A DNA stretch of 64,000 nt. It comes from Squalus acanthias (taxonomy: Eukaryota). Both the position numbers and the translations under genes were made by a program. Numbering within the stretch: the stretch's first letter is position 1; each line of letters begins with the position of its first letter. The notes beneath the pieces were generated by a model. That model searched no databases, had not been told where the DNA came from, and saw nothing but the letters and a program-made list of their open reading frames with translations. Where the stretch lies: positions 139,874,001 to 139,938,000 of the forward strand of contig CM059432.1 of assembly GCA_030390025.1 (NCBI GenBank). Direction: 5' to 3'. This document shows positions 61,801 to 64,000 of the stretch, in pieces.

Positions 61801-63575
61801 TTTGTTACACATAACATACAGAGGAAATATATTCCCTGTACTTTTATTTTCTAACAGAAAGATAAGAACCGCACCCCCCCCCCTCCCCCAAGGTTAGCCT
61901 CGTCCCGCAGGATTGCAACACACATCACTCACTACCACAAGGAGTGGTTGAGGCGAATAGCAATGATGCATTTAAGGGGAAGCTGGATAAGTACACGAGG
62001 GAGAAAGGAATAGAAGGACATGCGGATAGGGCTAATATCAACAAAAAAGTAAAAATCATTATTTGTTAGCCAAGAGTCCTTAAAATGCTTCTGATCACTT
62101 ACTTTGAGGAAAGGTTGCCATGTCTTGTAGAGAAAGGGCTGGAGGACAATTGATTTTATGGGATCCAATTATTGGTTTCTCATTATTCAAAGAAAAAGGA
62201 ACAATTTAAATTAAGGAGGCAAAAAAATGCCTATTATTCACCTTGTTCCAATTAAGAATCTCACAATTTATATGTATTATAAATAGAACGTTGTTTTGTT
62301 TTTACTTCAGTTTTTAAAGTCCATAGAGCTTTTGTTCCACTTAATTGATTGGACAGTCTACAGCTTTGGCACTGACGATAGCTCAATGTGTTTGCCTCTC
62401 CCCCAGAACCATGGATGTCCATTAGGAACAACATACAGTGCCAGGACTTAATTTTCCAGCACTGCCTACAATTACATCTGTCTTGGCTGGATATACCCAG
62501 TGAGAGGTATCTTCTGTGAAATAAAAATAATTATCTTTGGGGGATTTATCTCTACTGTATTAATCTTATCAATTAACACATTATTAAAATTTAATTACTT
62601 CATCTAAAATGGAAATCGCAATACCTGTCCCAGAAGCAACACGAACTGACATTTAAGGGCTTTAGCACCCTCATGTGTGCTATTTTTAATTCACCAGGTA
62701 GTACATTTGCATAAGTTCCTGCTATTTCTTTGTTTTAATGCAGATATTAATCTGCTTATTTAGAAGATACAGATCTTTTAAAGGTTATGTAATTATGTTG
62801 CATAATTCCTGCATCCTATACAAGTCTTGTTCACCACCATCCTTACCATCCTGCACAGACTCTCCAACCTCCAATGACGCCCCGCCCCCAGTGCACTGAT
62901 TTCAAAATCCTCATCCTCATTTACAAATCGCTCTAAAGTTCGCTCCACGGTACCTCAGCAACCTGCCACCAGCCCTACGTCCCGCTCAGACACTTCTTGT
63001 CTTTCTGTCTCCGGCCTCTTGTACATTCCTCCCTCCCTCCCTCTGTTCCACCATTAGCGGCAGTCTCTGCCACCATCTCGTCCCATACTCTCTTTATAAA
63101 TGTGCCACTTCATTTCTTTCCAGCCTCCTTAACACCTACTTCTTCAACTAACTTTTCTCTCGACTTCTGCTTTGGACTGATCCCCATTTTGTGAAGTGAT
63201 TTTTCACTAAATTAGAAGTGCTGTATCAGGCAGCTTTTGCATGGTCTTGCTGGCAGTGTGGGGCCTCACACACAGCCAGTGCGTTTTGGAAAACTACGAG
63301 CACTTTGCCTGTGACTTTCCATCAGGCACTGGCTGTGTGTGAGGCCCCTCCTGGCGCACAGAACCTTGCCGAATCTACCAGCATAAATGCCAGTTCTTCT
63401 GGGATATTTACTAGGAATTCCTACGGTAGGGTTAGAAAGGATTGTCCCATACTGTTCTCATCTTGCAAGTTTTGGAATTGTCCCGGATGTATGTATTTGC
63501 TATAATTGTGGCTGCCGTTTAGTTCTCTATAGCATTAATATTGGAATCAAAATATCCTGGCACTCATATACACTT

Positions 63576-64000
63576 GGGCCGGAATTTTCTCCAGGGAGGC
63601 GGGTTGGGGGCGGGGGGCCTCCGAGGCGGGCGGGAAACCCGGGAGGCTGGGCCTGATTTGCATGTGAGGCCTTGGATTCCTGCCCGCAGCCAGCCAAATT
63701 GAGAGGCTGGCTGGCTGCGGGCGGGTAGGCCCGCAGATGCCAGGGGTCAGTCCGGGGTCGGCATCGCAGGGGTGGGGGGGTGGTCGGGGATCAGCAGGGG
63801 GGGTGACGAGAGGATCGGGGCTGGCCTCATGGTGAGGATCGGAGGCCTAGGGAGATGATCGGAAGCCTCGTGGTGGGGTCTCCGATCGCGAGAGGTGGGT
63901 CAGGCAGGGACCCTGGATCCAGGAGGTAGGTATAAAGGCACTTACCTCCTGGATGCAGCCGTCCCCGCCTCGGTTTAACGGCCGGGTTTCACGAATTGTG
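63576..64000. mobile_element. PIF/Harbinger-like MITE, truncated by the window end
   Basis: GGGCCGGAATTTT 5' terminus, GC-rich body. Confidence 0.65.

Noticed and set aside
62434..62510. Possible minus-strand exon (DTSHWVYPAKTDVIVGSAGKLSPGT)
   Set aside because: Good acceptor but weak donor, and no linkage to other exons

Overview
This is eukaryotic, vertebrate genomic DNA. The repeat inventory (HE1-like V-SINEs, SacSINE1-like DeuSINEs, abundant CR1 and L2 LINEs, Penelope-like elements, PIF/Harbinger elements) points to a cartilaginous fish, probably a shark. Most of the window is decayed or nested transposable elements, and nearly all ORFs in the track are TE remnants or low-complexity artefacts. 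No host gene can be named. One candidate spliced minus-strand gene (about 14.6-17.2 kb, up to 5 in-frame exons, about 115 aa) has no homology I recognise. Main observations: (1) a family of small non-coding fold-back elements carrying minimal hammerhead ribozymes and flanked by 12-15 bp TSDs, in which both arms of each copy share copy-specific variants; (2) a second hammerhead family on a Penelope-like (Neptune-type) retroelement; (3) perfect AGGTAAGT splice-donor motifs concentrated inside Harbinger-like MITEs; (4) TE nests up to five levels deep; (5) a solo LTR, twin young GC-rich MITEs, a G-rich array and two orphan hairpins. All calls were made by eye with no database searches, and boundaries of old repeats are approximate.
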